DNA of 53,482 bases from contig JAZFSZ010000111.1 in NCBI GenBank assembly GCA_036446455.1, positions 1-53,482 of the forward strand, in the 5' to 3' direction. Under the pieces are notes generated by a model that ran no database searches, was not told the origin of the DNA, and saw only the letters and a list, made by a program, of their open reading frames with translations. Of this stretch, positions 31,265-42,845 are shown in pieces. How positions within the stretch are numbered: position 1 is the first letter of the stretch; every line of letters starts with the position of its first letter. This stretch comes from Acidiferrobacterales bacterium (GTDB lineage: Bacteria; Pseudomonadota; Gammaproteobacteria; Acidiferrobacterales; JAJDNE01). A program made the translations under genes and the position numbers.

Positions 31265-32713
31265 ATGACAGATAAGCATCAGGTTATAATTATAGGTGCC
31301 GGACCGGCAGGTTACGTTGCCGCCATTCGTTGCGCGCAACTGGGACTGGATACGGTCTGTATTGATCGCTGGGTGGATGAAAAGGGCAGGGCCACACCGG
31401 GAGGCACATGCCTCAATGTAGGTTGTATTCCTTCCAAAGCACTACTTGAGTCATCGGAATATTTTGAAAGATCCAGAAATGATCTGGCGAATCACGGTGT
31501 CAAAGCAGTTTCCGTTGAACTGGATCTGGCTACAATGATGGCGCGTAAACAAAAAATTGTCTCCGGTCTCAACGAAGGTGTCGCCGGATTGTTTAAATCC
31601 AACGGCGTTAAATTTATCAGTGGCAATGCCAGGCTCGCCCCCAATCGCGAAGTGGAAGTAAACGAGACGGGTGAGAAAAAGCCATACGTACTTTCCGCCG
31701 AAAATATCATTATCGCCACAGGCTCCGTCTCCAGCGAAATCAGTGCCGCGCCACTGGATGGTGATCGGATAGTAGATTCCAGTGGCGCCCTGGCATTCAA
31801 GGAAGTACCCAAACGTTTAGGGGTAGTCGGCGCCGGAGCCATTGGACTGGAACTGGGCAGTGTCTGGCGGCGTCTCGGTTCGGAGGTTGTATTGATGGAG
31901 GCACAGGAACAATTTCTGGTGATTGCAGATGAACAGATTGCACGTGATGCGATGAAGGAATTTACCTCTCAGGGGATGGATATTCGACTTGGCGCTCGTA
32001 TCACTGGCTGCAAGACAAGTGGCAAAAAAGTTACCGTAGAGTATGAAGATAGTGACGGCACGCACCAGGAGATATTTGACAAACTTGTCATGGCGGTTGG
32101 ACGCACACCCAACACCAGCGGATTGAATACATCAGACTCCGGGTTATTGCTGGATGAGTGGGGTGTCATCCATGTCGATAACCAGTGTTGTACCAACCTG
32201 CCGTGTGTTTACGCCATTGGTGACGTAGTACGTGGTCCCATGCTGGCGCACAAGGGCTCCAAGGAAGGTATAATGGTGGCCGAGCTGATCGCCGGTCAGC
32301 ATGCCGAATTAGACTACGATACCATTCCCTCGGTTATTTACACCCAACCGGAAATTGCCTGGGTGGGTCAAACCGAACAGATGCTAAAATCAGCGGGACG
32401 CGATTATCGTGTTGGGCGTTTTCCTTTTGCAGCCAGTGGCCGGGCCCAGGCACTGGGTGAAACTGGTGGCATGGTAAAGGTTCTGGTCGATACAGCTACC
32501 GACAGGGTGTTGGGCGTGCATATTATCGGTCCACAGGCGTCGGAATTGATTGCCCAGGCCAAGCTGGCGATGGATTTTCAGGCAAGCAGTGAAGACATCG
32601 GCTTAACCATGTTTGCCCACCCAACTCTGTCCGAGGCCTTTCATGAGGCGGCACTTGCCGTGAACGGCAATGCCATTCATATTGGTGCCAAAAAAAAACG
32701 CAAAAAGAAATAG
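31265..32713 (+). CDS. lpdA: Dihydrolipoamide dehydrogenase E3
   Basis: [20 protein letters not shown] and HPTLSE motifs. Confidence 0.97.
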   Translation: MTDKHQVIIIGAGPAGYVAAIRCAQLGLDTVCIDRWVDEKGRATPGGTCLNVGCIPSKALLESSEYFERSRNDLANHGVKAVSVELDLATMMARKQKIVSGLNEGVAGLFKSNGVKFISGNARLAPNREVEVNETGEKKPYVLSAENIIIATGSVSSEISAAPLDGDRIVDSSGALAFKEVPKRLGVVGAGAIGLELGSVWRRLGSEVVLMEAQEQFLVIADEQIARDAMKEFTSQGMDIRLGARITGCKTSGKKVTVEYEDSDGTHQEIFDKLVMAVGRTPNTSGLNTSDSGLLLDEWGVIHVDNQCCTNLPCVYAIGDVVRGPMLAHKGSKEGIMVAELIAGQHAELDYDTIPSVIYTQPEIAWVGQTEQMLKSAGRDYRVGRFPFAASGRAQALGETGGMVKVLVDTATDRVLGVHIIGPQASELIAQAKLAMDFQASSEDIGLTMFAHPTLSEAFHEAALAVNGNAIHIGAKKKRKKK

Positions 32714-32735
32714 TTCCAGAGGAAATCCCGACAAA

Positions 32736-33905
32736 ATGAATTTGCATGAATATCAGGCCATAGACCTGTTTGCCGCCTATGGCATGCCGGTACCCGCGCA
32801 TCAGATCGTGACGGAAAAAGAGGGGGTGACCAGTGCGTTAGCGGCACTGGGGGGTAACCGTTGGGTGGTGAAGGCGCAGGTGCATGCCGGTGGTCGCGGC
32901 AAAGCCGGTGGTGTGAAGTTGGTGGACAATGCCGATGCCACTGTGCAGGCGGTAGCTGCCATGTTGGACACAAACCTCGTCACTTTGCAGACCGATGAAC
33001 GTGGTCTGCCTGTCAATAAGGTCATGATAGAAGAGCTGTGCGAAATCGAACGCGAGCTCTATCTTGGTGCTGTCATTGATCGCTCCACATGCCGCGTTGT
33101 TATCATGGCGTCTACCGAAGGCGGTATGGACATAGAGAAAGTTGCCCACGAAACTCCGGAGAAGATTCTGAATATCAGTATTGATCCCATGGTAGGTATT
33201 CAACCCTATCAAGGCCGCAAGCTGGCATTTGACCTGGGGCTCGAGAATGATCAGATCAAACAATTCAGCAGGCTGGTGAACGGGTTGGCGCGTCTGTTTC
33301 AGGACAAAGACCTGAGCCTCGTCGAAATCAATCCATTAGTTGTCACAAAATCGGGGGGCCTCCTGTGCCTCGATGGCAAGATCAATATAGATGACAACGG
33401 CTTGTATCGTCATCAGGAGTTAATGGTGTTGCGCGACAAGAGCCAGGAAGATGCGCGTGAAGTCGAGGCCAAGGAGTGGGGTCTGAGTTATATCGCCCTT
33501 GATGGCGACATCGGTTGTATGGTCAATGGTGCAGGTTTGGCCATGGCCACCATGGATCTGATCAAATTGCACGGCGGCAGCCCGGCCAATTTTCTCGACG
33601 TGGGGGGCACCGCTGACAAGGAGCGTGTGGCCGAGGCATTTAAACTCATCCTGTCAGACGCCAACGTCGACGGGGTGCTGGTGAATATCTTTGGCGGCAT
33701 TGTGCGCTGCGACATGATTGCCGAGGGTATCGTCGGCGCCGTGGAAGAAGTCGGCATTAGTGTGCCGGTCGTGGTGCGGTTGATTGGCAATAACGCCGCC
33801 CGGGGTCGCGGCATTCTGAACGACAGTGGTCTGAAGTTGCATGCGGAAGAAGATTTGACCACAGCTGCCCGGTCCATTATTGATCAAGTCAAGGCAGCAG
33901 CATGA
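32736..33905 (+). CDS. sucC: Succinyl-CoA synthetase beta subunit
   Basis: [21 protein letters not shown] and [11 protein letters not shown] motifs. Confidence 0.98.
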   Translation: MNLHEYQAIDLFAAYGMPVPAHQIVTEKEGVTSALAALGGNRWVVKAQVHAGGRGKAGGVKLVDNADATVQAVAAMLDTNLVTLQTDERGLPVNKVMIEELCEIERELYLGAVIDRSTCRVVIMASTEGGMDIEKVAHETPEKILNISIDPMVGIQPYQGRKLAFDLGLENDQIKQFSRLVNGLARLFQDKDLSLVEINPLVVTKSGGLLCLDGKINIDDNGLYRHQELMVLRDKSQEDAREVEAKEWGLSYIALDGDIGCMVNGAGLAMATMDLIKLHGGSPANFLDVGGTADKERVAEAFKLILSDANVDGVLVNIFGGIVRCDMIAEGIVGAVEEVGISVPVVVRLIGNNAARGRGILNDSGLKLHAEEDLTTAARSIIDQVKAAA

Positions 33906-34774
33906 GTGTACTGGTGAACAAAGATACGCGCGTAATCTGTCAAGGCTTTACCGGCAAGCAGGGCACATTCCATTCCGAACAGGCCATTGCCTATGGCACC
34001 AACATGGTTGGCGGTGTTACACCCGGAAAAGGTGGAAGCACACACCTTGAATTGCCCGTGTTCAATACAGTAGAGGATGCCATAAATGAGACTGGTGCCG
34101 AAGCGACTGTCATTTATGTTCCGGCACCATTCTGCAAGGACGCCATACTCGAGGCCGTCGATGCCGGGATACAATTAATCGTTTGTATCACCGAAGGTAT
34201 TCCCACGCTTGATATGTTACAGGCGGTGGAAATCGTCAAGGCCAATGGTGCCCGTCTCATTGGCCCGAATTGTCCTGGCATTATTACACCCGGTGAGTGC
34301 AAAATTGGCATCATGCCCGGTGAGATTCATCAACCCGGCAGTGTCGGTATCGTTTCCCGCTCCGGCACACTTACGTATGAAGCCGTAAAACAAACAACTG
34401 ATTTGGGTCTTGGACAAACAACCTGCATTGGTATCGGTGGCGATCCCATACCGGGTACCAACTTTATCGATTGTCTTGAGTTGTTCCAGAACGATGCCAA
34501 AACCGAATCTATATTAATGGTTGGCGAAATTGGCGGTACGGCCGAAGAAGAGGCGGCGGAATATATTAAATCCAATGTCACCAAACCGGTGGCGGCCTAT
34601 ATCGCCGGCGTCACTGCACCAAAAGGCAAACGTATGGGCCATGCCGGTGCCATCATCGCCGGGGGCAAAGGCACGGCCGATGACAAATTCGCCGCACTGG
34701 AAGCCGCCGGTGTAGTCACCGCGCGTTCACCCGCCGGTCTGGGTGAGGCCATGAAAAAGGCGATCGAGGCATGA
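33902..34774 (+). CDS. sucD: Succinyl-CoA synthetase alpha subunit
   Basis: [17 protein letters not shown] and RMGHAGA motifs. Confidence 0.98.
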   Translation: MSVLVNKDTRVICQGFTGKQGTFHSEQAIAYGTNMVGGVTPGKGGSTHLELPVFNTVEDAINETGAEATVIYVPAPFCKDAILEAVDAGIQLIVCITEGIPTLDMLQAVEIVKANGARLIGPNCPGIITPGECKIGIMPGEIHQPGSVGIVSRSGTLTYEAVKQTTDLGLGQTTCIGIGGDPIPGTNFIDCLELFQNDAKTESILMVGEIGGTAEEEAAEYIKSNVTKPVAAYIAGVTAPKGKRMGHAGAIIAGGKGTADDKFAALEAAGVVTARSPAGLGEAMKKAIEA

Positions 34775-35415
34775 GTTGCTGTTGCCCCGAGGCACGCAGT
34801 GCCGGTAAGTTCTTTTCCTTGTTCGCGCGCAATTACCGCAAGCGCTATGCGAAAAAAGGTTTTGAGACGTCGCAAAAGCTACTTGTCGAAGGCCTGCGTC
34901 AGGCCGGGTTTCAGAACGCCAGCCTGCTGGAAATCGGCAGTGGTGTGGGCTATCTGCACCAGACCTTGATTGAAGATGGTGCCGCCAGTGCGGTCGGCAT
35001 TGACCTGTCTCACCGGATGATCACTGAAGCCGAAGCAGGCGCTGCAGAGAAGGGCCTTTCCGATCGCATTCGCTATATTCTGGATGATTTCGTTAGCATG
35101 GAAGAGGTGCTGGAACCGGTTGATATTACGATACTGGATAAAGTTATCTGCTGTTATCCCGATGCAGATGGACTTGTGCATAAATCCCTCGAGCGTACAC
35201 GTCGTGTTTACGCATTGATCTACCCCAGGGATCGCTGGTTTATGAGGGCTGGATCAAGATTTATGGCCGGGGTATTTTTCCTGCTGAGAGTTCAGTTTCG
35301 CAGCTATATTCATGATCCAAAGATGATTGAGGCATGGATTACAAATGCAGGTTTTGGCAAGAAATACGAGAATCAGACGATTGCCTGGTTAACGCAGGTT
35401 TATGTCCGCGCGTAA
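34771..35415 (+). CDS. Class I SAM-dependent methyltransferase
   Basis: [14 protein letters not shown] and DKVICCYPD motifs; ATGA overlap with sucD. Confidence 0.85.
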   Translation: MSCCCPEARSAGKFFSLFARNYRKRYAKKGFETSQKLLVEGLRQAGFQNASLLEIGSGVGYLHQTLIEDGAASAVGIDLSHRMITEAEAGAAEKGLSDRIRYILDDFVSMEEVLEPVDITILDKVICCYPDADGLVHKSLERTRRVYALIYPRDRWFMRAGSRFMAGVFFLLRVQFRSYIHDPKMIEAWITNAGFGKKYENQTIAWLTQVYVRA

Positions 35416-35667
35416 TCTGATGTGCCCGATTACCGGCACTGTGCCAGCGCCAGCGCAGATAAAGTTGCCATTTTCTCCCAGAAAGACCAGTGGAAGCGTT
35501 GATATTCTCCAACGGCACAGAATAGCCGATAACGCGTCGGCACAGTCATATGCCGGCCTGAAATTGAGCCATATACTACTGATCTGAATACCCGTCAGCC
35601 TGCAAGAGAAGCGGTAGCGGGTTTGAGTCTATCTTCTATTCGGGTGAACGCCCGACGGGGTACATTC

Positions 35668-36210
35668 ATGGTAAAGCTATTCGGTCGAGTTCTGATGGTG
35701 CTGTTCGCTCTAAACACATTTACTTACGCACAAAATAGTCCGTCTGGACGGCCTTCAGAAGAAAAGGAATTCAGAAGCCTTGATGAGCAAGTACAGGGCC
35801 TCAAGGAAGAGGTTATCAAAATTAACCGCGAGCTGTTGCTGCTGCAGGAAAAATTGCTGTTTCCGTCAAGTAGCCAGATTTCGGTATTTATTTCCCTGAA
35901 GAGCAGTACGAAATTCAGTCTTGATGCTATCGAGTTGAAGCTTGATAACCGGCCGATTCAGAAATATATCTATACGTTCCGTGAACTGGAAGCCCTGCAC
36001 AAGCGTGGTGTACATCGACTCTATACCGGTAACCTTGCCGTGGGCAAGCATCAACTGGTTGTCACGATCAGTGGCCGCACTTCAGGTAACAATACTTATA
36101 CACGTCACGCATCCTTCGTGCTGGAGAAGGCAATTGGGCCCAAGCTGGTCGAACTACGAGTTATAAGCAGTAACGGGGGACAGCCAACTATCAAGATCAG
36201 GGAATGGTAG
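35668..36210 (+). CDS. Secreted coiled-coil plus beta-sandwich hypothetical protein (first gene of the Agl/Glt-like cluster)
   Basis: Signal peptide; coiled coil SLDEQVQGLKEEVIKINRELLLL; beta-rich C-terminus (LYTGNLAVGKHQLVV). Confidence 0.75.
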   Translation: MVKLFGRVLMVLFALNTFTYAQNSPSGRPSEEKEFRSLDEQVQGLKEEVIKINRELLLLQEKLLFPSSSQISVFISLKSSTKFSLDAIELKLDNRPIQKYIYTFRELEALHKRGVHRLYTGNLAVGKHQLVVTISGRTSGNNTYTRHASFVLEKAIGPKLVELRVISSNGGQPTIKIREW

Positions 36211-36251
36211 GAACAACGAAGCGTACTTCATCCCGATAGGCATCTATCCTC

Positions 36252-38225
36252 ATGTGCAGCAGCCATCAATTAAATCGTCACAATCAATTACGCATATTGT
36301 GCGGTGCGATTGCTCTATTACTGAGCATTGTTGTTGCGAGCTTTTATCCCGTAACCGTTGGTGCGGCAGACAAAAAGATCAAAGGAAATGTTCGAGACCT
36401 GTTCTTTGGTGAAGCGTTGTTTTATGCGGAACAGAATAATCATTTTGCTGCGGTCACGCGTCTTGATGCAGAACTGGCACAACATTATTCCCTGGATGAT
36501 CCGAAGAGTGACTCGCTGAGTTATCACAAAGAAGAGTCAGAATTATTAGTTGCAGATATTGAGTTGTCCTATCGCATGCATCGTAAGGTGGGCCGTGCCA
36601 TGCAACGGTTGCTCGATCATAGTGTGCACCGGTCAATACGAGATCGTGCAGCGTATCGTCTCGCACGAGTCGCCTATACCAAGTCTTCCTACGGCGCGGC
36701 GCTTGAGAATCTGCAGCAGATAAGCTCTGCGGCGCCACGAAAACTGCAACTGCAGGCAGCTTTGCTTCGTGGCCAGTGTTTGATTGCACTGGGACGGCAT
36801 AAAGAGGCGGTCGCAGCGCTACAGCCTGTGTACAACGAACCAGCCCTGGCAGGTTTTGCGCCGTATAATTACGGCATTGCCCTGATTGGTTCCGGTGAAA
36901 TCGTTTCCGGATTCCGGTTACTGGACAAGGTCGGGGTACAGACGTCGCAAGATCGGGTTCAGGGCGCACTACGGGACAAAGCCAATCTGATCCTGGGCTT
37001 TACCCTGTTAAACGCCAGGAAAGCAGCAAAAGCGCGCACCTACTTTGAGCGCGTTCAGTTACAGGGGCCATTTTCCAACAAGGCATTGTTATGGGTAGGT
37101 TGGAGTGATGCTGCGCAAAATGATTACGAGCAGGCCCTTGTTCCCTGGATGATGTTGCGGAAACGGGACATCAGCGATAGTGCGGTACAGGAAGCAATGT
37201 TGGCGGCGCCCTACGGTTTTGGCCAACTCAAGGCGTACGGTCGGTCTGCCGTACTCTATGGCGAAGCGGTCAACAAATTTAATCATGCAATTGATCGAAT
37301 TGATGATTCTGTTCGAAGTATTCGAGAAGGTAAATTACTGCAAGCCATGTTGCGAGACGAGGCCAGAACAAACGAACAATGGTTGTTCGCGCTGCGCAAG
37401 CTGCCGGGTGCCCCGGAGACACGATACATGCGCGAGCTGATGGCAGGGCATGCATTCAATGAATCGTACCGCAATTTCCGCGATCTTCACGATCTTGGCG
37501 ATAATATTGATCACTGGCGTGCTGAAATACCTGCCTATCGTGACCTTTTGCGTGTGCGACGAAACTATTATGCCCCACTGCTTCCAGATATTGAGCACAC
37601 CTGGCAGCGGTTTGATCGGCGGCTCGGGAAGATAGCAACTCGACACACCGAGATTGCATCAAAAATCAAGATACTGTTACGCAAGCGCGACCCTATGGCG
37701 CTGGCGACAGCAAAAGAAAAGCGTATGTTGCGTCAACTGAAACGGATTCAATCGCAGATTCTTCGCGTTGGAGATCAAAAGGGAGTCAGAATGCTGAGGG
37801 AGAAACACCAGCGCCTGACGGGTTTGCTCCACTGGCAAATTAATACCAAATACGAAAATCGCTTGTCTCTGGCACACCAGCACCTGCGGCAACTGGGCCA
37901 GGCGATTGGAAATACCAGAAAAACACTGACCATGTTGGCGCGCACCAAATCGGAGGCAGCGCTAAGTTATCAGGGCTACAATCGCGCGCTGACTGATCTT
38001 GAAGCTCGCCTGGACTACCTGAAAATAAAAATCACGGGTTTGAAATCACATCAGGGCCAATATATGGAACGGCGCGCCATTAGTGAGCTGCATCGTCGAA
38101 AGCAGCGCTTGCAGCGCTATCGCACCAAGGCGCGCTTTGCGTTGGCGGAAAGTTATGACTATGCGTTACGCAGTCAAAAGAATAAAGAGCTAGAGAAGAC
38201 TGAATCAAGTGAAAGGCGAAAGTAA
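36252..38225 (+). CDS. Periplasmic TPR and coiled-coil protein (GltC-like by position)
   Basis: Signal peptide; TPR helices (AAYRLARVAY, YNYGIAL, ALLWVGW); long C-terminal coiled coils. Confidence 0.8.
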   Translation: MCSSHQLNRHNQLRILCGAIALLLSIVVASFYPVTVGAADKKIKGNVRDLFFGEALFYAEQNNHFAAVTRLDAELAQHYSLDDPKSDSLSYHKEESELLVADIELSYRMHRKVGRAMQRLLDHSVHRSIRDRAAYRLARVAYTKSSYGAALENLQQISSAAPRKLQLQAALLRGQCLIALGRHKEAVAALQPVYNEPALAGFAPYNYGIALIGSGEIVSGFRLLDKVGVQTSQDRVQGALRDKANLILGFTLLNARKAAKARTYFERVQLQGPFSNKALLWVGWSDAAQNDYEQALVPWMMLRKRDISDSAVQEAMLAAPYGFGQLKAYGRSAVLYGEAVNKFNHAIDRIDDSVRSIREGKLLQAMLRDEARTNEQWLFALRKLPGAPETRYMRELMAGHAFNESYRNFRDLHDLGDNIDHWRAEIPAYRDLLRVRRNYYAPLLPDIEHTWQRFDRRLGKIATRHTEIASKIKILLRKRDPMALATAKEKRMLRQLKRIQSQILRVGDQKGVRMLREKHQRLTGLLHWQINTKYENRLSLAHQHLRQLGQAIGNTRKTLTMLARTKSEAALSYQGYNRALTDLEARLDYLKIKITGLKSHQGQYMERRAISELHRRKQRLQRYRTKARFALAESYDYALRSQKNKELEKTESSERRK

Positions 38226-38226
38226 A

Positions 38227-41214
38227 ATGAGTCGAATCAAATCGGTGACAGGTTTGTTTGTCGCACTGGTGCTGTTGCACGGTTGTACCAGTGGCAGTAG
38301 CTCATGGCAGTCAGGAGGCAGCATCGGCAGCCTTAAGGGCAAGAAAATCGTTGTCGAAGAGGAGCGCATTGAAGGCGGGCTGGAAAAGGCGATTGCTGGA
38401 TACAAACAGTTTCTCGAGCAAACACCGGAAGCAGAAATGACACCCCAAGCGCTTAGACGTCTGGCCGATCTCAAGATTCAATTGGTTGAAAACGTCTATT
38501 TTGATACCGCTCAACTACCTGTTAGTGCCGTACCAGGGCAGACTAAAGTCACTTCACTGATTGACAAGAAGCCGCCGGATGTGAAATCGAAGAAAAAGGC
38601 GGAATCGATACAATCCATCGAAAAACGAAGCGCTGCAACACCTGCGGATTCATTGGCATCAAATCAGCTCGGCCTGCTCCCGTCGGGTAACAGAATGGAG
38701 CAACAGGTGTTACAAGACGATGCCAACTCCAGGGAAGCCATCTCCATTTACCGGAAATTACTTAATAAATACCCTGACTACGACAAAAACGATCAGGTGT
38801 TGTATCAATTGGCGCGGGCTTATGGTATCCGCGGCCAGCAGGACCAGGCCATGAAAACACTGGACCGCATCATCAGAAAATACCCCTATACGTCGTTAAT
38901 CGACGAAGTACAGTTTCGTCGCGGTGAAGTGCTGTTTGTACACAGGAAATACCGGGCGTCGGAGCATGCGTATCGCGTCGTCCTCAACACCGGTCGCCGA
39001 TCCAGATTCTACGATCAGTCCCTGTACAAACATGGCTGGTCACTTTTCAAGCAAAGCCGTTACGAGGAAGGTCTTGGTTCTTTTATAAAGCTTATCGATA
39101 GAAAGGCCGCTGGTGGACGTGCGGCGGTAGAAAACTTCGGTACCATTGAACGCCAGCGGTTTGACGATACCTTGCGTGTAATAAGTTTCAGTTTTTCCTA
39201 TCTTGGTGGTTCCGAAGCGATTGACGGGTACTTTCAAAAGCGCGGTCGGCGCCCCTACGAGGAGATGCTATTCGCGGACCTGGGGGAGCACTATCTGCTC
39301 AAGCGGCGCTACACCGATGCAGCAAAAACCTATGCCGCATTCGTTGAACGCAACCCACTGCACGAACAGGCTCCCGTGTTCCAGATACGCGTGATTGACG
39401 TATATAAAAAAGGAGGGTTCCCAAGGCTCGTCATCGATGCCAAACGTGAGCATGCGCGCATTTACGCACTCGACAGCAATTACTGGAAAAACCACGATAT
39501 CAATCGTTCCCCCAAGGCGCTTGCCTTTATCAAACAAAACCTGATCGAACTGGCCAGTCATTTTCATGCCCTGTCACAAAAACGACGTGGACCAAACCAT
39601 CACAAGGAAGCAATTGTCTGGTATCGGAAGTATCTCGAATCTTTCCCCGAAGACAGCCAGGCACCGAAAATGAACTTCCTGATGGCTGAGCTCTTGTTCG
39701 ACAATCGAACTTTTTCTGTCGCAGCAGTGGAGTATGAGAAAACGGCTTACCAGTATCCTCAACACGAAAAATCGGGCGAGGCTGGATATGCGGCTGTGTT
39801 GGCGCACCGGGCGCATGCGCGGCAAGCTGGAAAAGAGGAAAAAGCCGCTATTGCGCAACGCGCCATTCTCAGTTCGATTCGCTTCGTGGATACGTATCCA
39901 AAGCACAAACAGGCAGCAGGTGTACTGAATCAAGCGGCAGTAGACAAGTTTAAACGTAATGAATTCGCGGAATCCCGGAAACTGTCGCAGCGCGTGATTG
40001 ATCAGTATCCGGGAGCCAGCCCAAAGATATTGCGATCTGCATGGACCGTGGTTGCACATTCCGCATTCGATATGGCAGATTTTCCAGATTCCGAGAAGGC
40101 CTACCAGGAAGCGCTTAAGCATTTATCAAAACAATCCAACGATCGCCATGCATTGACCGAGCGCCTGGCAGCGGCGATCTATAAACAGGGTGAGGCCCAT
40201 CAAAAGTCCGGGCAGTTGCGCGTGGCAGTGAAGAATTATTTGCGTGTGGGGCAGTTGGCGCCAGCCTCAAAAATACGCATGGCGGCCGATTACGATGCCG
40301 GTGCCGTTCTGATCACGCTGAAAGACTGGAATCAGGCCGCACGCATATTTGAAGCCTACCGCAATCGGTATCGCAGGAATCCACACCAGGCCGATGTGAC
40401 AGAAAAGCTTGCAGTTGCCTATGAGAAAAACCACCAATGGCAGTTGGCGGCTATCGAGTTTGATCGAATTCGTGTGTCAACCGCAGAGCCCAAATTGCGC
40501 CGTGAGGCGACTTACCGGGCAGCGGAGCTGTACGAGCGTGCTAACAATAATCGTGCTGCTATTGTGTCCTACCTGCAATTTATCAAGAGTTACCCCCGAC
40601 CCATCAGTCAATCGATAGAAGCCAGGGACCGTCTGGCGAATTTGTACAAGAAGACCAACAATCGCCGTCAATATGAGGCTGTGTTACGCCAAATAGTACA
40701 AGTGGATAAGCGGGCGGGTGGCAAGCGCACGGATCGCGTTCGTTATCTGGCAGCAATGGCGACACTTGAGTTGTCGGAACCTCTGGTGCGTCAGTACAAA
40801 AAAATACGTCTGACGCTTCCACTTAAAAGAAGCATGGCCAGAAAAAAACGGTCCATGGAAAAATCATTGAAAGTATTTTCTGCCATGCTGGATTACGGTG
40901 TGGCAGATGTTACGGTCGCGGCAACTTATCGAATTGCGGATATCTACTACAATCTCACGCAGTCAATCCTGGAATCCGATCGGCCACGAAACCTGAGTAA
41001 GCTGGAACTGGAACAATACGATATCCTGCTAGAGGAGCAAGCCTACCCGTTTGAAGAAAAGTCAATTTCGCTGCACAAAAAAAATATCGAGTTGCTCAGG
41101 CGTGGCATCTATAACGAATGGATCGACAGGAGTATTAACCAGCTCGGGGAACTGCTACCCATTCAATACGCCAAGACGGAGGTCGGTGAAGCTTATGTTG
41201 TATCAAGCCGATAA
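38227..41214 (+). CDS. Large TPR lipoprotein (GltD-like)
   Basis: Lipobox LHGC at Cys20; many TPRs (DQVLYQLARAY, EVQFRRGE, SLYKHGWSLFK); C-terminal YDILLEEQAYPFEEK. Confidence 0.82.
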   Translation: MSRIKSVTGLFVALVLLHGCTSGSSSWQSGGSIGSLKGKKIVVEEERIEGGLEKAIAGYKQFLEQTPEAEMTPQALRRLADLKIQLVENVYFDTAQLPVSAVPGQTKVTSLIDKKPPDVKSKKKAESIQSIEKRSAATPADSLASNQLGLLPSGNRMEQQVLQDDANSREAISIYRKLLNKYPDYDKNDQVLYQLARAYGIRGQQDQAMKTLDRIIRKYPYTSLIDEVQFRRGEVLFVHRKYRASEHAYRVVLNTGRRSRFYDQSLYKHGWSLFKQSRYEEGLGSFIKLIDRKAAGGRAAVENFGTIERQRFDDTLRVISFSFSYLGGSEAIDGYFQKRGRRPYEEMLFADLGEHYLLKRRYTDAAKTYAAFVERNPLHEQAPVFQIRVIDVYKKGGFPRLVIDAKREHARIYALDSNYWKNHDINRSPKALAFIKQNLIELASHFHALSQKRRGPNHHKEAIVWYRKYLESFPEDSQAPKMNFLMAELLFDNRTFSVAAVEYEKTAYQYPQHEKSGEAGYAAVLAHRAHARQAGKEEKAAIAQRAILSSIRFVDTYPKHKQAAGVLNQAAVDKFKRNEFAESRKLSQRVIDQYPGASPKILRSAWTVVAHSAFDMADFPDSEKAYQEALKHLSKQSNDRHALTERLAAAIYKQGEAHQKSGQLRVAVKNYLRVGQLAPASKIRMAADYDAGAVLITLKDWNQAARIFEAYRNRYRRNPHQADVTEKLAVAYEKNHQWQLAAIEFDRIRVSTAEPKLRREATYRAAELYERANNNRAAIVSYLQFIKSYPRPISQSIEARDRLANLYKKTNNRRQYEAVLRQIVQVDKRAGGKRTDRVRYLAAMATLELSEPLVRQYKKIRLTLPLKRSMARKKRSMEKSLKVFSAMLDYGVADVTVAATYRIADIYYNLTQSILESDRPRNLSKLELEQYDILLEEQAYPFEEKSISLHKKNIELLRRGIYNEWIDRSINQLGELLPIQYAKTEVGEAYVVSSR

Positions 41215-41229
41215 CTGGTGGGAGGTGGA

Positions 41230-41856
41230 ATGATAAATGGCCCCATAACCAAATGGCATTTCCGTTACAATTTCATTGCTAAATCGATGGCGGGTTTGAT
41301 GTTGATGGTGTTGTTGGCTGCTTGTGCCAGCACAGCAACACCGGTTCCCGGAAAGGTGACACCCCGGGTCGAATTCAATCAAGTAGCTTATAAGGCCGCG
41401 CTTGAGCTAATGAAGCAGAAAAAGTATTCCGATGCGGTTGTTTCGCTGGAAACGATTATTCGCGACAGCGAGAGGCGGGCCGGGCCCTATATTAATCTGG
41501 GTATCGCTTATAAGGAAATGGGAAGGTTTGATGTTTCCAAAAAAGCTTTCCTGACTGCAACGCAGATTGATCCGAAAAGCGCCATTTCCTTTAATGAACT
41601 GGGGCTGGTCTACAGAAAGCTGGGTGAATTCGCCAGCGCGAAGAAAGCTTATATGGAAAGTATTAATAATAAATCCGGATACAGTCTTCCCTACCGCAAT
41701 CTGGGAATATTGTGTGATATCTATTTGCAAGATCTGCAATGTGCAATCCGGAACTATAAAAAATATCGGAGTCTTACCGGTAAGGAGGATAAAAAGGTAG
41801 GGTTGTGGATCGTAGATCTGAAAAGGCGCATGGACAAAAAGTCCAGGGGGAAATAG
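41230..41856 (+). CDS. TPR lipoprotein (GltE-like by position)
   Basis: GGAGG RBS; lipobox LAAC; TPRs PYINLGIAY, SFNELGLVY and PYRNLGILCDIY. Confidence 0.82.
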   Translation: MINGPITKWHFRYNFIAKSMAGLMLMVLLAACASTATPVPGKVTPRVEFNQVAYKAALELMKQKKYSDAVVSLETIIRDSERRAGPYINLGIAYKEMGRFDVSKKAFLTATQIDPKSAISFNELGLVYRKLGEFASAKKAYMESINNKSGYSLPYRNLGILCDIYLQDLQCAIRNYKKYRSLTGKEDKKVGLWIVDLKRRMDKKSRGK

Positions 41857-41858
41857 AC

Positions 41859-42131
41859 GTGAGATTTTATACGGTATCAACAGTTTTCGCGGCTTTGTTA
41901 CTGGCGTTACCGGCAGGGGCGGCGGGTTCTAAAGAGAAAGTAGTGGAAGTTGGCGGCATGTCGATTATCGGTAACCGCGAGTTGCCAAAGGCCCTGTATA
42001 TCGTTCCGTGGAAGGATTCAGATGTTGATTCCGAAATAGACCTTTCGCAAGATTTGTTAAACGAAAAAATGAAAGTGGTCGATCAGGAAGAGTTCGTGCG
42101 GCAATTGAATTATTATGATTTAAGTAAATAG
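41859..42131 (+). CDS. Small secreted protein (GltF/CglF-like by size and position)
   Basis: GTG start; signal peptide ending PAGA; GMSIIGNRELPKALYIVPWK motif. Confidence 0.7.
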   Translation: MRFYTVSTVFAALLLALPAGAAGSKEKVVEVGGMSIIGNRELPKALYIVPWKDSDVDSEIDLSQDLLNEKMKVVDQEEFVRQLNYYDLSK

Positions 42132-42200
42132 TTTGCTGGTAGACAGCCGGTTTGTAGACGTAAGTCATTAAGTTAGCAGAGTATACAAGAGGAGCACACC

Positions 42201-42842
42201 ATGGAGTTCATCTATTCCCTTATACGATTTTTCCAGACGGGGGGTGCATTTATGTATCCCATTCTGGCGGTTTTGGCATTCGGTATTGCCATCGCTATTG
42301 AACGCTACATCGCCATTTCGAAGGCGCGCCGCGAAAGCATATTGGTCTGGGAGCAGGTTCAGCCCATGCTGGAGCACGGGCGATTCGAGGAGGCCCTGGC
42401 CTATACCGAGGAATCGGATACACCCGTGAGTAAAATTCTGAATCTGGGGCTCGCGCGCCAGGGAAGTGTACGGCGACGGGATGATATCGAAATCGCCATG
42501 GAAGAGGGCATGATGGAGGTAATACCGATTCTCGAGAAGCGTACACACTATCTGGCGTTGTTTGCCAACATTTCCACTTTGTTGGGTCTGCTGGGCACGA
42601 TTATGGGCTTGATCGCGGCCTTCACTGCAGTTGCCGGAGCCAACCCGGCAGAAAAGGCCGATTTATTATCCGCCAGTATTTCCGTTGCCATGAATACCAC
42701 TGCATTCGGGCTCATGGCTGGTATCCCCTTGTTGCTGTTTCATGCGGTGATATCCACCAAGACTTCAGAGGTTGTGGACAACCTGGAGATGGCGTCTGTG
42801 AAAACGCTTAATCTGATTGGTGAAGTCGGAAAGAAAGGATAG
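42201..42842 (+). CDS. MotA/TolQ/ExbB proton channel subunit (AglR-like)
   Basis: GGAFMYPIL, IERY, STLLGLLGTIMGLI and ISVAMNTTAFGL motifs; GAGGAG RBS. Confidence 0.93.
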   Translation: MEFIYSLIRFFQTGGAFMYPILAVLAFGIAIAIERYIAISKARRESILVWEQVQPMLEHGRFEEALAYTEESDTPVSKILNLGLARQGSVRRRDDIEIAMEEGMMEVIPILEKRTHYLALFANISTLLGLLGTIMGLIAAFTAVAGANPAEKADLLSASISVAMNTTAFGLMAGIPLLLFHAVISTKTSEVVDNLEMASVKTLNLIGEVGKKG

Positions 42843-42845
42843 AAG

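Noticed and set aside
32690-32698. A9 tract in lpdA as a phase-variation site
   Set aside because: It encodes the Lys-rich extreme C-terminal tail of a housekeeping enzyme, so slippage would have little effect.
42140-42185. Third ECF promoter (minus-strand CGTCTA near 42155)
   Set aside because: No GGAA -35 element at the 16 nt spacing, and it points antisense to the operon.
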